Source: Candidatus Heimdallarchaeota archaeon
GTDB lineage: Archaea; Asgardarchaeota; Heimdallarchaeia; Heimdallarchaeales; Heimdallarchaeaceae
DNA length: 16,907 nt
Reading direction: 5' to 3'
Assembly (NCBI GenBank): GCA_019057815.1
Contig: JAHLWR010000038.1
Coordinates: 1 to 16,907 of the forward strand
Shown here one piece after another: positions 16,302-16,907 of the stretch. Every line of letters starts with the position of its first letter. The first letter of the stretch is position 1. Both the position numbers and the translations under genes were made by a program. Below the pieces are notes generated by a model, which made no database searches, had not been told where the DNA came from, and was given only the letters and a program-made list of their open reading frames with translations.

Positions 16302-16907
16302 ATGACAAAGGACGAATTAAAATCTCTTGCAAATTCAGTATCCATGCTCAAAAACATGATAGAGAGCATTGTTACCACTGTACAAGACCGTTTTAAAGAT
16401 AATGATAAGATTATTGTATCATTAAAGGAAAAAATTGAAAATTTTGAAAATAAAATTGATGAAACATCAATTTCTGGCGATACTGGTCAAATAACTGTAA
16501 ACCAAGAATTACTAAAGAAAATTGAACAAATGGAATTAAGATTAGATAAGTTAAACGAGAGAATTTTACTAGTTGAAGCAGCAAAAAGTGTAAAAACGGA
16601 AATTCCTACAGCTAAACCTGTCATTGATATAAGTGCTATTGAAGATATTACAAAGGCTGAAGACAAAACTGAAATTGTCATACCTAAGGAACCAACTCCA
16701 AAATCAGAACCTCCACCAGCACCAGATATACCAATACCAGAAGTAAAAACGCCAACTCCGTCTGTTATAGATGCAAAAAGACCCGTGAGCGATGTTGCAA
16801 AGGAAGCACCAGCACCGCCAGTACCAGCACCACCAGCTGCTGCTATACCGATACCAGAAGTAAAAACGCCAACTCCATCTGTTATAGATGCAGAAAGACC
16901 CGTGAGT
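16302..16907 (+). CDS. Partial protein (>=202 aa): N-terminal coiled coil followed by a Pro/Ala-rich repeat region
   Basis: Hand-translated frame open from ATG 16302 to the edge: MTKDELKSLANSVSMLKNMIESIV...LLKKIEQMELRLDKLNERILLVE...EPPPAPDIPIPEVKTPTPSVIDAKRPVSDVAKEAPAPPVPAPPAAAIPIPEVKTPTPSVIDAERPVS. Absent from the ORF track because it has no stop in the window. Confidence 0.85.
   Translation, partial: MTKDELKSLANSVSMLKNMIESIVTTVQDRFKDNDKIIVSLKEKIENFENKIDETSISGDTGQITVNQELLKKIEQMELRLDKLNERILLVEAAKSVKTEIPTAKPVIDISAIEDITKAEDKTEIVIPKEPTPKSEPPPAPDIPIPEVKTPTPSVIDAKRPVSDVAKEAPAPPVPAPPAAAIPIPEVKTPTPSVIDAERPVS
16727..16906 (+). repeat. 63-bp direct repeat, period 117 nt (39 aa), encoding IPIPEVKTPTPSVIDA(K/E)RPVS
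   Basis: Copies at 16727-16789 and 16844-16906 with 3 mismatches (two synonymous, one K/E). Confidence 0.92.

Noticed and set aside
13104-16681. Minus-strand ORFs 13104-13415, 14368-14550, 14988-15245, 15699-15950 and 16487-16681
   Set aside because: Antisense shadows of well-supported plus-strand genes.

Overview
AT-rich archaeal chromosomal window; an Asgard (Heimdallarchaeia-like) origin is inferred from gene content and GGTGA ribosome-binding sites but not proven. The core is a truncated exosome superoperon on the minus strand (SBDS-rrp4-rrp41-rrp42-rpl37ae-Brix-pcc1) with no rpoP, prefoldin beta or psmA beside it. Left of it are a ferredoxin, a phosphoribosyltransferase/wHTH pair, a stand-alone RFC large subunit, a membrane protein, a DDAH-family enzyme and a TIM-barrel protein. 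Right of it are a THEP1 NTPase, an Fpg glycosylase, an M28/DUF4910 peptidase and a partial coiled-coil/proline-rich repeat protein missed by the ORF track. Best leads: (1) a 741-aa TrmB-like protein split by a ~530-aa proline-free 11-residue-repeat helix, with a perfect 16-bp palindrome over its promoter; (2) a GC-rich three-way-junction element at 45-94; (3) a probable ATT start for the ferredoxin; (4) an IS200/IS605-end-like relic at ~12769-12813; (5) the proline-rich repeat protein at the right edge. All family calls come from motif recognition by eye; no searches were run.
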